A DNA stretch of 63,326 nucleotides, the filler included, from Globobulimina sp. (taxonomy: Eukaryota), in assembly GCA_003354225.1 (NCBI GenBank). It is 23 parts of 23 records of this genome, joined end to end, with 100 filler letters (N's around TTAATTAATTAA, not from the genome) between each part and the next. Parts side by side here need not be neighbours in the genome. Positions count along the whole stretch, not along the records: positions 46,894 to 49,549 come from PIVH01005502.1; positions 49,650 to 52,305 come from PIVH01005503.1; positions 52,406 to 55,061 come from PIVH01005504.1; positions 55,162 to 57,816 come from PIVH01005505.1; positions 57,917 to 60,571 come from PIVH01005506.1; 18 more parts are not named here. One strand, given 5' to 3'. Below are positions 46,794 to 59,477 of the stretch, piece after piece (position 1 is the stretch's first letter; every line of letters starts with the position of its first letter). Under the pieces are notes generated by a model that made no database searches, had not been told where the DNA came from, and was given only the letters and a program-made list of their open reading frames with translations. A program made the translations under genes and the position numbers.

Positions 46794-47217
46794 NNNNNNN
46801 NNNNNNNNNNNNNNNNNNNNNNNNNNNNNNNNNNNNNTTAATTAATTAANNNNNNNNNNNNNNNNNNNNNNNNNNNNNNNNNNNNNNNNNNNNGCACCAC
46901 AGGCATTATCATTTGGTGGCGGCTCTGTGACTACGGTGCAAAATGCGATGTACATTGGTTCCATGGTTGTAAGTATTTGTATTGGGTGTCGGATGTCTGT
47001 GATCTACGATAGTTTGTGGTTTATTGTGATGTTTGGATTGTGCGGTGTTAGGTTTGTGGAGTAGTAATGGCGTAAGAATTGTTAAGGTGAGAACTTAAAA
47101 ACTGTGTGTTTTGACTATACTTTTTATACAGAAATTTTATAATTTACTCATTATTGTCAAGAGAGACAGCAAAAACATTCTCATAAAATCGATTGAAAAT
47201 ATAACAACAAAAAAGAA

Positions 47218-49549
47218 TTATTTTTTTTGCATTTTGGCTTTAATTTGTTTTAAATTCTTGGCAAATAACGCTAATTGATCATACTCATTGTATCTCGCAG
47301 CGATCGTCATGATCGAAGTTGAAATGGTTAACACCGCTCTGCCTTCACATTGCGCCAATTCCTTGGGAGAAATAAATATTTTATCACAACCTAAACGCCG
47401 CATGATAGTAATCAAATATTTTGCATTTTCCAATTTTTTATTCCCATTGTTTTTCTGCTGACATTCCGTCTCATTATGAATACATTTATAATTAATCCAT
47501 TTCGGATTAATGGAACTCACCAAATTACAAAAACTAATCTGATCCGACAATGCAAGCTTATCCTCAAAATTGGCAATGTTTACATTCTTTTTCATCTTCA
47601 CCCGGATCGAAAAATGATTGGTTAGATCATTGTGATGCATTTTGTCCATGGCATTCACCATTTTTTTGTACACTTTGAGCCTATTATTCATCCATTGCAA
47701 TAACTCATCGTCGGTCACTTGTTTTTTTTTGAACAAGATCTTGGCCATCAATTTGGTCGAATGATATCTCTGTATTTGCAACAACAACGACCGGATATAT
47801 TTGGCATTGCCATCCACGATGTCATTGCCGCCCACGCCGACCAACCGAAATATATCTCGCAGCACTTTATTATTGCTCAATATGTCCACCACCATATTGC
47901 AATTGGTCAATTTATCAAATTTATGCCGGATTTCCTCCCGTGACCGGATGCCATTGTTCTTCCAATCAACGCAGCCAGGAAGGCACGAATCTAATATATG
48001 CAAAAAAATTATCCCATCCGAGATGTCCGCGTCTAAATTGTCGATATAATTGCCGTCACCCACAATTTTAAGCGAATTGACCCAAGCTATGATGGAGGTG
48101 TCGGATGACGGCAATTTATGCAAATAATTATACACTGATTTGGATTCCGTGGCGGATAACTTATTAATTTTGTTATTGAATACAAATAAATCGGATAAGT
48201 ATAGCAACTGCAATAAATAATTATTATTCTTTATATCTTTGAGTAACACGATGGTCGATATGTTATTTATTTTGATATTTAGTGCTTTTTGAATGGTATT
48301 TATATCATTTGCGTAATTCCCGTCAATGTCCCATACATACTCCGTGATTTCGGCCTTACTCTCTTCGTTTTGTGGTGGTATTTTGATAGAGTCCCAGGAG
48401 ATATTCCCGCCGCTGTTCACCGGCGAATGGTACGAACCCAAATCAATGGAAGCAAACGTACCGTCATCGTTTTTCATTTTGGGCTTCTTCATGAAAATAA
48501 TCCATCGATGCAACCATTCTTTACAGGAACATTTCTGTGCCGTTTTCTTCTCGATTTTGTGCTGACATAACCGGAATAATTCTGGATAGCGAAAGACATT
48601 GATTTTGGCGTTCATCATTCCCATAAATTGGTGCATCACAATCAATAATAAGATATCTAAATGTTTCTCGCGATTAAACCACGCAAAATAGTCTCTGTCG
48701 TCAGAGGCGGCATCGAATGAAATGGCAAAGTCAGGGAATTCGTGCAAATCTAAGGAGTTGATGCATAATTTAACCACCCACATATTTTCGACGATTTCCT
48801 CATCGGATATGGGGTATTTGTTGGTCGGTAAATGTATGGCACGCAAATCGATTAAAGTGTCATCGATGAAGTTGATTAATACGGACAATAACACCCCATC
48901 CATACAGGCACATATTATGTCATATACGTTATTAAAAACTGGCATGTAATGAGCAATCATGTCATAATCGAGCGAAGTCGGCAAGATTCGGTTCAAATAT
49001 GCCCCGATTTGCAACAATAATTTGCACTTTTCTGCATTTATCTGGATGGATTTTACGAATTTGCTTCGCTGTTTGTCCTTATAATACCACATGTTTTCAT
49101 GTACTTTGTTATCATTGTCGTCATATTTATTATCATCTTTGCCGTCGTCTTCATCATCGCTCAAATCCAATGCATTTTGGCTCAAACCATTGCTCGTGGT
49201 TTCATTTAATTTCTTTTGTAGCTGTCGGGCTGTTATTATTTTCTTTTTCCTTTTCTTTTTAGGTTTTTTTTTACTCCATTTATTGCCTTTACCTTTATAC
49301 TCAACCATGTCTTTGGTGTTTTTAATGTTATTTAATATCACATTATTTTGGACACAAATCGTCGGCTGTTTACTGTCTGCAATCTCAATCTGTGAGGAAA
49401 GCCATCCATTCATAATATCGCTATGTAGAATGTGTACACATGGAATATGGCACCATCTCAAAGTAATTTTATCATTTATTATCCGTTTGGACATATGCAA
49501 AAGCATAGAAACACAAATTTACATTGTTTCTGCATCAAACAAATTGCCA
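47218..49549 (-). CDS. Fimbrin/plastin-like calponin-homology protein
   Basis: WVNSL..IDNL..DISDGIIFLHILD..PGCVDW, KLTNCN, LVGVGGNDIVDGN, TDDELLQWMN, KLENAKYLITIMRRLG. Confidence 0.85.
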
Positions 49550-49652
49550 NNNNNNNNNNNNNNNNNNNNNNNNNNNNNNNNNNNNNNNNNNNNTTAATTA
49601 ATTAANNNNNNNNNNNNNNNNNNNNNNNNNNNNNNNNNNNNNNNNNNNNTAT

Positions 49653-51437
49653 TTACGAAATAGCGAGTTGTTGACTCAATTGCCTCCATTTGTTGACTCC
49701 ATCTGTTGACTCAATTTTCCATACAAGACAACTCTCACCGTAGCCACCTCCGATAGTCACATACTTAGCATCGGAAGTCAAATGCAATGAATATGGCTGC
49801 AATTTAAAGGTATCTGAGTACAATATTTGCCATGTCCGGACATCAAACAATTTGATCGTTTTATCAAATGAAGCCACTGCCAATATATTATTTGTGGACA
49901 CTGTGCAGGCGATGGTGCTCTTAAACACATCAATCACTTTAAATGCTTCCTTCTTTCTCATATCCCATATTTCTATCTTTCCCGTCCTATCCCCAATGAC
50001 CACATAGTCCGCAGCGCCATTAATAAAACACGGCGCATACGTACTCTCCAACACATTTGATGTCAGTTTGTGATGACTCTCTCCATTCAAATCAATGAAA
50101 TAAAAATATGCCTTATCCACACCGCCAGCCACCACACAACATTCTCCATTATCTGTCAAACACAATTGTTTCAGGCGAGTATTGCTTATCTTTTCCTGCA
50201 ATGCAATTTTCATCACAACTTTATTCATCTCACTCAGCGCTCGCTGTTGCAACGCCTTTCCATCCAAAATAAGGAACACATTCTCTGACTCCGAGTGTCT
50301 ATCAAATTCAATAAAGTTGATCTTCTTACAATGAGCGGGCTTAATTTCCATACTTTTATCCTCCTCAAATGCATATTTATTACTCACCGCATCCACCGTC
50401 ACCTTATACATTTTAATCACTTTTTTGTCCGTCTGTACGCTCAGATACTTGCTGCCATTCACCTTTATCCAGTCATGGCTGTGACAACCAACGGTGCTCA
50501 CACATACGAGCTCGAATACAATCTCCTTCGTAGTCAGTGCCAAAGCAGCAAACCAACGGTTTGCGTGAACGCCCAATAAACCTAATTCCGAATCAATCGA
50601 ACATTTAAATAGCACACTTTCTTTCTTCTCAACGTCTTCATTGAAATTGAAAACCGGCACTAACTCCGTCTCCTTTTCAGGCCTCAAGTCAGCTACAACT
50701 AATTTGAAATATTCTTCTTGCCGCCCCACATTGTATAGTTTATGGATTTTCTTCTTTTCCCACAAATAATTGACGATTAACAGTTGAACCTCGCATATCA
50801 TACTCGTATTACTCACAGCTGCGGCCTGCGAATGATACACAACATTTATCTTTAAATCTCTGTATCCGCCATTTTCTTTGTCTAAAAAAGCATTTTTCAC
50901 CCTGGCCACTTGCAACATGCTCTGATTGTGTCGGATATGGCCCATTAATGCCTGGTAGCCTTTGTTTAATTGGTGCACTGTGTTAAAAGTCACAGAACAG
51001 CGCACAATGTCCAATAATTTGGCCGCTTTGGGGAATACAGCATTATTATAATCATTTTCAAGTTTACTTTGACAGCGTCCAATTTTTTTCAGTGGGCCGG
51101 CATTAAAATCTCCATAATGACTCATCACGGTTTGGATATGATTTTGAAATTCGTTATTTATGATTATTGCAGTCGATAACAATGAGTTTAAGCACCAATT
51201 TGAATCTAAAAACGACTGCATTTCGTAATTTTGATCAGGATCTGAGTCTGATTTTGTTTCTGTAATTTCAAAAATGGCATCTTCTTGCAATAAAGCAACA
51301 TTTTTGTCATCTTGTCGGGCGATCAATGTTTCATTTTGAATGCTCATTAATTGGTTCCATCCCTTTTGATGTTGCAATGAAAGGTAAATATAATCCATGC
51401 TTTCCATAATATCTTTAATAACAAATAAAAATAGCAA
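49653..51437 (-). CDS. RelA/SpoT-like nucleotidyltransferase domain + WD40 repeats; 5' structure uncertain
   Basis: GPLKK..R..K, LLDIVRCSV, RVKN, GGYRDLKINV, ICEVQL, IHKLY; then GKIEIWDM, ASFDKTIKLFDV, CLVWKI. Confidence 0.8.
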   Translation of the reverse strand: MLFLFVIKDIMESMDYIYLSLQHQKGWNQLMSIQNETLIARQDDKNVALLQEDAIFEITETKSDSDPDQNYEMQSFLDSNWCLNSLLSTAIIINNEFQNHIQTVMSHYGDFNAGPLKKIGRCQSKLENDYNNAVFPKAAKLLDIVRCSVTFNTVHQLNKGYQALMGHIRHNQSMLQVARVKNAFLDKENGGYRDLKINVVYHSQAAAVSNTSMICEVQLLIVNYLWEKKKIHKLYNVGRQEEYFKLVVADLRPEKETELVPVFNFNEDVEKKESVLFKCSIDSELGLLGVHANRWFAALALTTKEIVFELVCVSTVGCHSHDWIKVNGSKYLSVQTDKKVIKMYKVTVDAVSNKYAFEEDKSMEIKPAHCKKINFIEFDRHSESENVFLILDGKALQQRALSEMNKVVMKIALQEKISNTRLKQLCLTDNGECCVVAGGVDKAYFYFIDLNGESHHKLTSNVLESTYAPCFINGAADYVVIGDRTGKIEIWDMRKKEAFKVIDVFKSTIACTVSTNNILAVASFDKTIKLFDVRTWQILYSDTFKLQPYSLHLTSDAKYVTIGGGYGESCLVWKIESTDGVNKWRQLSQQLAIS

Positions 51438-51749
51438 TTAAAACCAGCAATTATTTTGCATAATAAATCACCATAATATACGCTGCTGGCAAGCAATCCT
51501 CTTAGACATAAGATAAGTAGACATTAAAAGTAACAGTTTTAAAAAACAGTTAGTTGGACATAGTCTAATAGCTATAACATGTCAACGTGACAATTGACAA
51601 ACAACCCATTAGAGTACATTTATTATTTTACCGTGAATTGGTTGTTGAGATTTTTGATTTTTCAAATAAGCGTTATTCCTCTTATTATAGTTTTATTCTT
51701 ATTCAACATATTCATTGCTATTCAATTATTAACATCACAGAGCGAAAAT

Positions 51750-52305
51750 ATGCATCGATTATTCTTGTACTTTGTATTATTGCCAAATTTAATTCAAGCA
51801 GCAACAACCGTAATAGATGGAGTATGGACTGATGATTATTCGCAGTCAACAAATGGGTCAAATGCAAGAGATGGCTGGTATTTAGAAAATGAAAGGGATG
51901 GAGATTTAGGCAACCCGACGATTCAAGGTGATCCCTATAAATATCATGGCTGCTTTCAAAAGGAAGGTCTTGGTGATGGAAAATATAATCGGATGGAGCG
52001 ATATTTTCAATGTCACAAAACATCCCATGTGTATATCTCATATCTATTGGCATATTGTGACCAAGGAGAGGCAACTGACAAATTATACTTATATGTCGAT
52101 GGTGTACAAATTAACGAAGATGGTATGGCTACTACTACAAACGATTTGTGGCATATTGAAACAGGCAGCACCTTTGAAAATAGTATTTATTATTCTTCTG
52201 GGATAAATAATGAATGTGATAGTGTAAATGATTGGGAGTATAAGGTAAAATCCAACATTGTTATCGGTATAAAAGATGAAGGGGTTGACTTTTTCGTTAA
52301 ATTTC
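51750..52305 (+). CDS. Secreted hypothetical protein, 3'-truncated
   Basis: Signal peptide MHRLFLYFVLLPNLIQA followed by an open frame to the contig end. Confidence 0.65.
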
Positions 52306-52405
52306 NNNNNNNNNNNNNNNNNNNNNNNNNNNNNNNNNNNNNNNNNNNNTTAATTAATTAANNNNNNNNNNNNNNNNNNNNNNNNNNNNNNNNNNNNNNN
52401 NNNNN

Positions 52406-52748
52406 ATTTCATATAAATAATGAGAAAAATACAAGGATTAAATTGAATGTGGCCATGTCGCCAAAAGACGTTTTTCATAATTTATGCTCACATTCGTTGC
52501 TAAGGAATGATAACTTTACGTTAATTATACAACACAATGTTGCTGCGGATGTCGATCGCATTGTGATTCCGTCTCAAAATACAAGTATGTCGTTTTGGGA
52601 ATTAATTGTCGAGTTTGGCATTTTAAATTTGTTACATTTCAATATTTGTACGAATGAATATAATGCAAAGCTGAAATATGCCAAAAATAGTCACAAAAAA
52701 GAAGATAAACAAGGTAGTGGGATTTGGAATATGTTTAATAAAAAATGA
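52406..52748 (+). CDS. Hypothetical protein C-terminal fragment
   Basis: ORF at the contig start; no recognised motif. Confidence 0.35.
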
Positions 52749-53045
52749 TAGCTTAATTTATTTTTACTTTTTTCTTTCTTTCTTTTTTTTTTGTAATCTT
52801 TTAATTTCGAGTTTGTTGTATACATTTTTGTTTGAATGTTGTTTGATTATGTTTCTTTTGCATTGATTTATGCGAATAAGTTAAAGTTGAATTTTAATTT
52901 ATAATTTGTATTAATCGTTTTTTTCACAGAAAACCAGTCTGAATTTCTTTTGTTATTGCGAATTTTTGAAATTATATTATTGGTTTCTACCGAACAGAAA
53001 AATAATTAATTTGTGTAAGTAATATAAGACAAAATTAAAAAAATA

Positions 53046-54576
53046 TCATTTCTGATGTAATCTACGAAGACTTCCGCGGACATAAATTGATTTTTGTTGC
53101 TCACTTTTTTTATTTTTGTTTTCGTTTTCATTCAATTCGTTATTTTTACCCTTAATATCATCATCACTCTCTTGTACTTTATGTATAGCCCAAGATTTGC
53201 AACAAAATGTGCCACAATTTTTCTGTTTATCCCAAATAAAACAATTACAATATTTCCAACAACAATCATAAAAACAATAACATTGAATATATCTTAAAAT
53301 ATCGTACCATAAATCATTATTATAATGAAACAACATAACCGAACATAAACAATTGACAAATACATTAACTCCATTTAAATATAATCTCATTACACCAGAA
53401 TTATCCATAAATTGCATTACAAAACAAAAAATAATTACAAATACAAACACCGTTTCAAAAATAAATTCTTTCTCAACCACAAACCGCAAATCACCGACAT
53501 ATTGTTCATGCTTTACATTGTTCGTATTAGTTTGTTTAATATCTAATGTGATATTTGTATTTTCATCAACATTTACTTTCTTTTCTATCGTTTTTACTTT
53601 GCCAATAAAAGCTTTATTATGTTTTGTTGTGTTCGATGTGTAATTCCTTTTCCGTCTGTTTGTGCCAATGGTTACTTCTGCATTTTGTAATGTTGCCGCA
53701 ACCGCTGAGGATATAACATCCGACGACGACGACGATGATCCAGATGTGGTCGAATCAGCTTTTTCCTCATTATCCTCGATTCGAATCACATTATGTCTTT
53801 CTTTTGTTGTTGTGGATAATGAGAGATACGAATAGGAGTAAATAGAGGATATATTGTGAGTTTTAATGAAATAAAACTGATGAACATAGATCATAAATAT
53901 ACAAATTATAAGCAATGTATTTGCACTCTGCAATGTTACATAAGCTAAATAATGCCGCCACTGTGTGTCATCTGAAATGTATATTAATGCAGAAAAATGT
54001 TACAAGAGTTTATAATTATATGTAAGAGACATATTTGTGTATACCAGTACAGAGAGAGAGGGTGTTATTGGAAGATTGAGTTTGCATTAAAGAATGGGAG
54101 GAAATGTATGCATAAATGATTATAATTGTTATATTCAAAAATGTGCTGAGAACAGCAAGAGATATTAAAAGGTTTTTCCATTTCGAGGATAATAGTTTTG
54201 CTATGTTATACAATCTAAAAATAAACATAAATATAACTAAATATTGGGCAATAAACCAGCTGCAATAAAATATCAAATATACGACAGAACACGCGTTGGA
54301 TGATAGTGTTGGAACTATTAAATTTGAAATGAAAAAAGTACCGATGATGCATGATAACAGACTCAATATAAATATCAGCGTTTGGAGAATGGAAACAGTT
54401 TTGAAATGGCATTCGTTGCTAATGTTAATGGTGATTGTTGCTGATGTCGTACGTTTTTGAATATAAACGTTATATACAAAATGAATGAATAATAGTAATA
54501 TAAGCAATGTCGCTATGCCATTAACAGTCGATATGGAATGTACCATTGATTCAGTGACGTCGGAAGAGTGCAACAT
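53046..54576 (-). CDS. Seven-transmembrane GPCR-like protein, 2 exons
   Basis: Four TM helices plus FIFRL in exon 1, three TM helices and a long loop in exon 2. Probable intron at ~53972-54044. Confidence 0.7.
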
Positions 54577-54610
54577 GTTTGACAGTCAGATTAAAAACAG
54601 CTTGAAATAA

Positions 54611-55061
54611 ATGTTTTCGTCTAAACATCCAGACCCAATTAACATGGCTTCCAAATCTCGAAAGGAGCAAAAAATGAAACCTGTGAAAGTAAACATGGCG
54701 CCACATCGATCATCAGCCTGGACATGCAGCATTGATGAATTGCTGTATACTATAAATAAGCCAGCCTGGGATGCATTGAATGAATGGTCTGCACACAAAC
54801 AAATAGCAAATCCCTTACATAAATTCAAAGGTAAAATTAATCGATATTTTAAAATGAAGAAAATCGATGGTAAGACATTTAAAAAGCTAAATAGCGATAA
54901 ATTTGTATCCGATTTAACTGCGTACATTAAATCAATAAATAAAAAGCAAATTCAAATCGCAGTAAAACAATTGTATATATTCGTCGAAGATTATCATCCG
55001 CGCAGTTGGAGAAGGTCACCATTCACATCAACACAACCAATAAATATATGGATAGATCCCG
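54611..55061 (+). CDS. Hypothetical protein with a SAM-like module, 3'-truncated
   Basis: YFKMKKIDGKTFKKLNSDKFVSDL..AVKQLY matches the repeats in contigs 7 and 21. Confidence 0.55.
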
Positions 55062-55384
55062 NNNNNNNNNNNNNNNNNNNNNNNNNNNNNNNNNNNNNNN
55101 NNNNNTTAATTAATTAANNNNNNNNNNNNNNNNNNNNNNNNNNNNNNNNNNNNNNNNNNNNGTTTATTTTTAGATAAAATTCGTCTATAGCTACTGATCC
55201 GGACATGCCTTGTGCTACTGTCAATTGCAGGTTTTTCGCTTGCTTCACTACTCTGATATTAATTATTACAAAATTATTTCTTGGCCAAGAGTTATTCTGC
55301 CAAACTCTCGCCAAATGGAGAAAACAAACAGAAATCAAAAGGAAAAAATACACATCAACAAAAATAAATTAATACGACACAGAC

Positions 55385-57792
55385 TCATTTTTTTTTACTT
55401 ATATATTTCACCAATGCATCATACAACTTTTTGCGTCTTTTTTTGGGTAAAAATCCCAAATAATTTATTTCATCTCTTACTTTATTCTGAGATAAAATTC
55501 TAAATTGTTTAAAATCAATATGTTTGGCACAAATTACATGTTTAATCCGATTGCATTCATAACCAACGAGCCATTCTTGAATTTCATACTTACTCAAAAT
55601 ATTCACAAAACCATTATTCTCTTTCATCACATCGTCATACAAAGTGTGATAAAAGTTTTCTTTCTCATTCATTTTGTATATAGATTTCGCAAACCGTGTA
55701 AACACAGACAATTGACACACATTTCCATTTAAATTCTGTCCTTTCAGAGTCAAACCATTATTATTATCCTCATCCTCATCCTCATCCTCCTCATACTGTG
55801 CTACTTTGACCGCCAACTTAGGCCCAAATGATAAACTCATAGTGGTTTGTTTGCCTTTTTTAACAATTTGAATCTCATTCGTTTCATTTATAATAATATG
55901 CGGCAATAATTTGCTCAGATCGCATTTATACACATTTCTCCGCACATTTTCCAATGATTTTTTATTATATTTTTTATAAATTTGAACTGCAAAACTTGCC
56001 AATTCTTCCTCTTCTTTGTTCCTTGGCTTCACACTGTTGTTATTACTCAACATCGACATATTGCTATGATTTAAGAAATGTGTCGCTTTGGACAAATCTA
56101 TTGTGAATGTCTGCGAATAGGTAGAATCTTCTTGTTCTGCTCCTTCTTTTTCTTTTTCTTCCTCCTCCTCTTCTTCCCGTATAATGGCAGACGATTCGAA
56201 AAAATCTGTCTTCTCAGACAAAGATTGCCGCGGTGTGATATCCATTTGCATTTTATTTTGATTTATTTGCAATTTGTACGCTTCGTTGATATAATGGTCG
56301 ATATTGCCCACCAATCTGCGGCTTAATCCGAACGATAAATACTCGTTCAATTTGCGACAAAATCCGCCTTTCCCTAATTCCAAATATTTATAGCCATCAA
56401 TCTCTTCCTCCACAATTAGTTCACCGATCTTCTGCGTAAATGTGTAAATTATATATTTGCACAGCTCCACACTCGATTTATTGCGTATTTTTGCAATTTT
56501 ATTATCATTGTTACTAATAATTAAATACAAATCTAATGCAAACTTGGAACATTTATTATGTATATTTTTAGCAAAAAATGTGAGAAATTCATCTGCTTTT
56601 TTGTCGATTAAATTGTCCAATAAAATGGCACCATTTATGGCATTGGCATGAATTCCATTCGTTATTTGTTGAAATAATTTATTTAAAGACTCGTCAATTA
56701 CCATTTTCGTCATTTTCGACAATTGATATTCATTCAATTTCGATATATATCCGGATATCCCATTCATTTCAATGTGTACACGTAATGACTTTGGCGGTGT
56801 TGGACTGGTCGCTGTCGGTGAGGGACCGCCAGATTTCATGGAGTTTTGCTTAATGATTTGCATAATTTTTGCATTGACTCCATGCGGAATATCCAAATTT
56901 GTTTTTAATAAATCACTAAATTCTTTCCTTGACATTGCCTGATATTTTAGACCTGAAATATTCAAATTCAATATCAATTCATTTAATTTGTCAAATGGAA
57001 CATGGTTCATATCAATTTGCTGATTTTCCTGCAGTATTTGCATGATATACGGTGCCATTTGGGTTGCCGTTAAATCCTCCAATTTTATGTCAGTAACTTC
57101 TGGTTTCGGCTCCGTATTATTATCGATTGTGATTTGCTTTACTTCTTTCTCTTCCTTGTCATCATTAATATCGTCATCAATAATTGCGTTTGGTTCTTGT
57201 TCTTCCTCTTCCTTTATTTCATCGAAATCGATGTCATCGCCATCCACTAACTCATGCAAAGCATTATAAATAGCAATGGCTTGCCCCGTTTTAATACTCG
57301 GCACTTTTGATTTCAATTTATTTTCAAAAATATGTCTTTTAGACGTATCCCGCACAAAATGGAGGTCAATTTCTTTGTCCTTTTCCAGTAAATCTAATAC
57401 TTTTTGCGTTTGCTGTTTATTTATGTACGATAAACTCGATGATATTTGGGTTTTCATTATGGGAACAAAGGATTTCTGCCTTTCAAATTCAATTCGTTTT
57501 GTGATTAATTTGTAGATACCAACGGATTGCCCTTTTTTTAGATTTAATTTGGACTTCATTAACGCTGAAAAGCCATTGGATTTCATCGACATAATACGAT
57601 CATAATCCATATTTTCTGATAATAGGATGGCTGATATGGTCTCATCTGAATATCCTGGCACTTTTTCGTGGAAATTATGTAAAATTACCTTACGAAATTC
57701 ATCAAAACTCATATCGATGCATTCTTTGCTGTTTATATCAAATTCAGCATCCAGTGCTGCAGTATTTTGTTCATTTGATTTATTTTCCACAT
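55385..57792 (-). CDS. Protein with multiple SAM-like modules and acidic linkers
   Basis: LNISGLKYQAMSRKEFSDLL..IPHGVNAKI; EEIDGYKYLELGKGGFCRKL; NMDYDRIMSMKSNGF..LKKGQSVGIYK. Confidence 0.65.
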
Positions 57793-58213
57793 TTTACACC
57801 GATTTATGCTCAATAGNNNNNNNNNNNNNNNNNNNNNNNNNNNNNNNNNNNNNNNNNNNNTTAATTAATTAANNNNNNNNNNNNNNNNNNNNNNNNNNNN
57901 NNNNNNNNNNNNNNNNTACAATCTTTTACGGTGTTGATATAATCTTAATATCCATAATCATTTTGTGTTTAAACTTAATATTTATAATTTTGCGTTTAAT
58001 ATTTTAAGTCTGCTTACATTATCTTTGTATTTAGTATCTTGAAACATTAAAATACAGTTTTCGTTTTGAACATTATACGAAAACCCTTAAAATGTTTACT
58101 AAGAAAGAAATCAATTTACTAGATGTGCGACTTTGTTAACATTATATTTTAAACCTACTTCTTCCATATAATATCTGTTGTAAAAATCATGATATTTGTA
58201 GGATAACGATGCT

Positions 58214-59353
58214 ATGGATATAAAAGAAGAAAAACAAAACGATACATTAAAACCAGGAGATTTATGCATATTGGCAGACTTAAAAGAGATGGCAAATATG
58301 AATGGCAAACTGTGCAAAATTGCATCAAAATTCAATACAAAAGAACAAAGATATCCTGTTTTCGTTTTTGAAATAAATAATATTATTTTAATAAAGCCAC
58401 ACAATCTCACTGCAATGGATAGAAAAACAATTTATATCAAAGATATTATAATATATCCAATCAAAGGATGTAAAGGAATATCATTATCCTCCTCAGTGAT
58501 CCATGAAACAGGACCACTCAGTGATCGATTGTATTGTTTGATGTCTTCAAAAAGCCAAAAAATTATATCCCAATCACGCAAACCAAAGATTTGTTGGATT
58601 TCTCCGTCGGTTCCGGATAAAAACGGTATAAAAATATCGGCGCCAAGCATGAAAAACAGCATTTATATTCGAAAAAGTTATGACGAACAAAGCAAAGTAC
58701 GTATAAAATATTGGAATTATAAACAAGGGATTCTTGGATATGATCAAGGCGAGGCAGCCTCGGAATGGTTAACTAAATATTTCATCATAAATGGGTATGA
58801 TCCAAATAATAGAGTCATATTAATTTTGTTTGATCCGCACTTTAAAAGAATAACACATAAAAAAGAAACATCACTCAATTATTTGAATAGAAACAAAGAT
58901 AAAGCCTCGATGGTATCGTTTGTGAACGAATTTCAATTTTTGGTTATTTCCGAAGAATCCATGAACGGATTAAACAAACGAATCAAAAATGGAACAAATA
59001 TAAAATATGATAAAGAATTGGATGAAATTAAAATGGATAGATTTCGACCAAATATTGTGATTTCATCGAATGGATATTATGCTCCACATTTTGAGGATGA
59101 TATCACATTGTTTGGCATAAATAATATTAAGTTTTATCATACAAAGAATTGTCCGCGATGTGGAATGCCATCAATCAATCAACAAACAGCGAAACGTTAT
59201 AAAGAACCTAAAAATACTTTATTAAAATATAGAACTGGACAAAAGTTAAATTATTTACAGGAACAGAATTGGAAACACAAATTGTTTTTTGGCAGCTATT
59301 TTATTCATGATAAATGTGGTGAAATCCAAAGGGGTTCAATATGCATAATCTAA
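58214..59353 (+). CDS. MOSC-domain (mARC-like) molybdenum-cofactor protein
   Basis: IYPIKGCKG, DRLYCL, RFRPNIVI, FEDD, CPRC, EP..TL.KYR. Confidence 0.9.
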   Translation: MDIKEEKQNDTLKPGDLCILADLKEMANMNGKLCKIASKFNTKEQRYPVFVFEINNIILIKPHNLTAMDRKTIYIKDIIIYPIKGCKGISLSSSVIHETGPLSDRLYCLMSSKSQKIISQSRKPKICWISPSVPDKNGIKISAPSMKNSIYIRKSYDEQSKVRIKYWNYKQGILGYDQGEAASEWLTKYFIINGYDPNNRVILILFDPHFKRITHKKETSLNYLNRNKDKASMVSFVNEFQFLVISEESMNGLNKRIKNGTNIKYDKELDEIKMDRFRPNIVISSNGYYAPHFEDDITLFGINNIKFYHTKNCPRCGMPSINQQTAKRYKEPKNTLLKYRTGQKLNYLQEQNWKHKLFFGSYFIHDKCGEIQRGSICII

Positions 59354-59477
59354 AACATGCCATCATTTATTTATTTTCAACATACAATTTTCTGTTGACT
59401 TGATTGAATATTCGGAGATTCTCACATTTCAACTTACCGCTAGAAAACTAATATGAAAAACAAAAAATGAATTTAAA

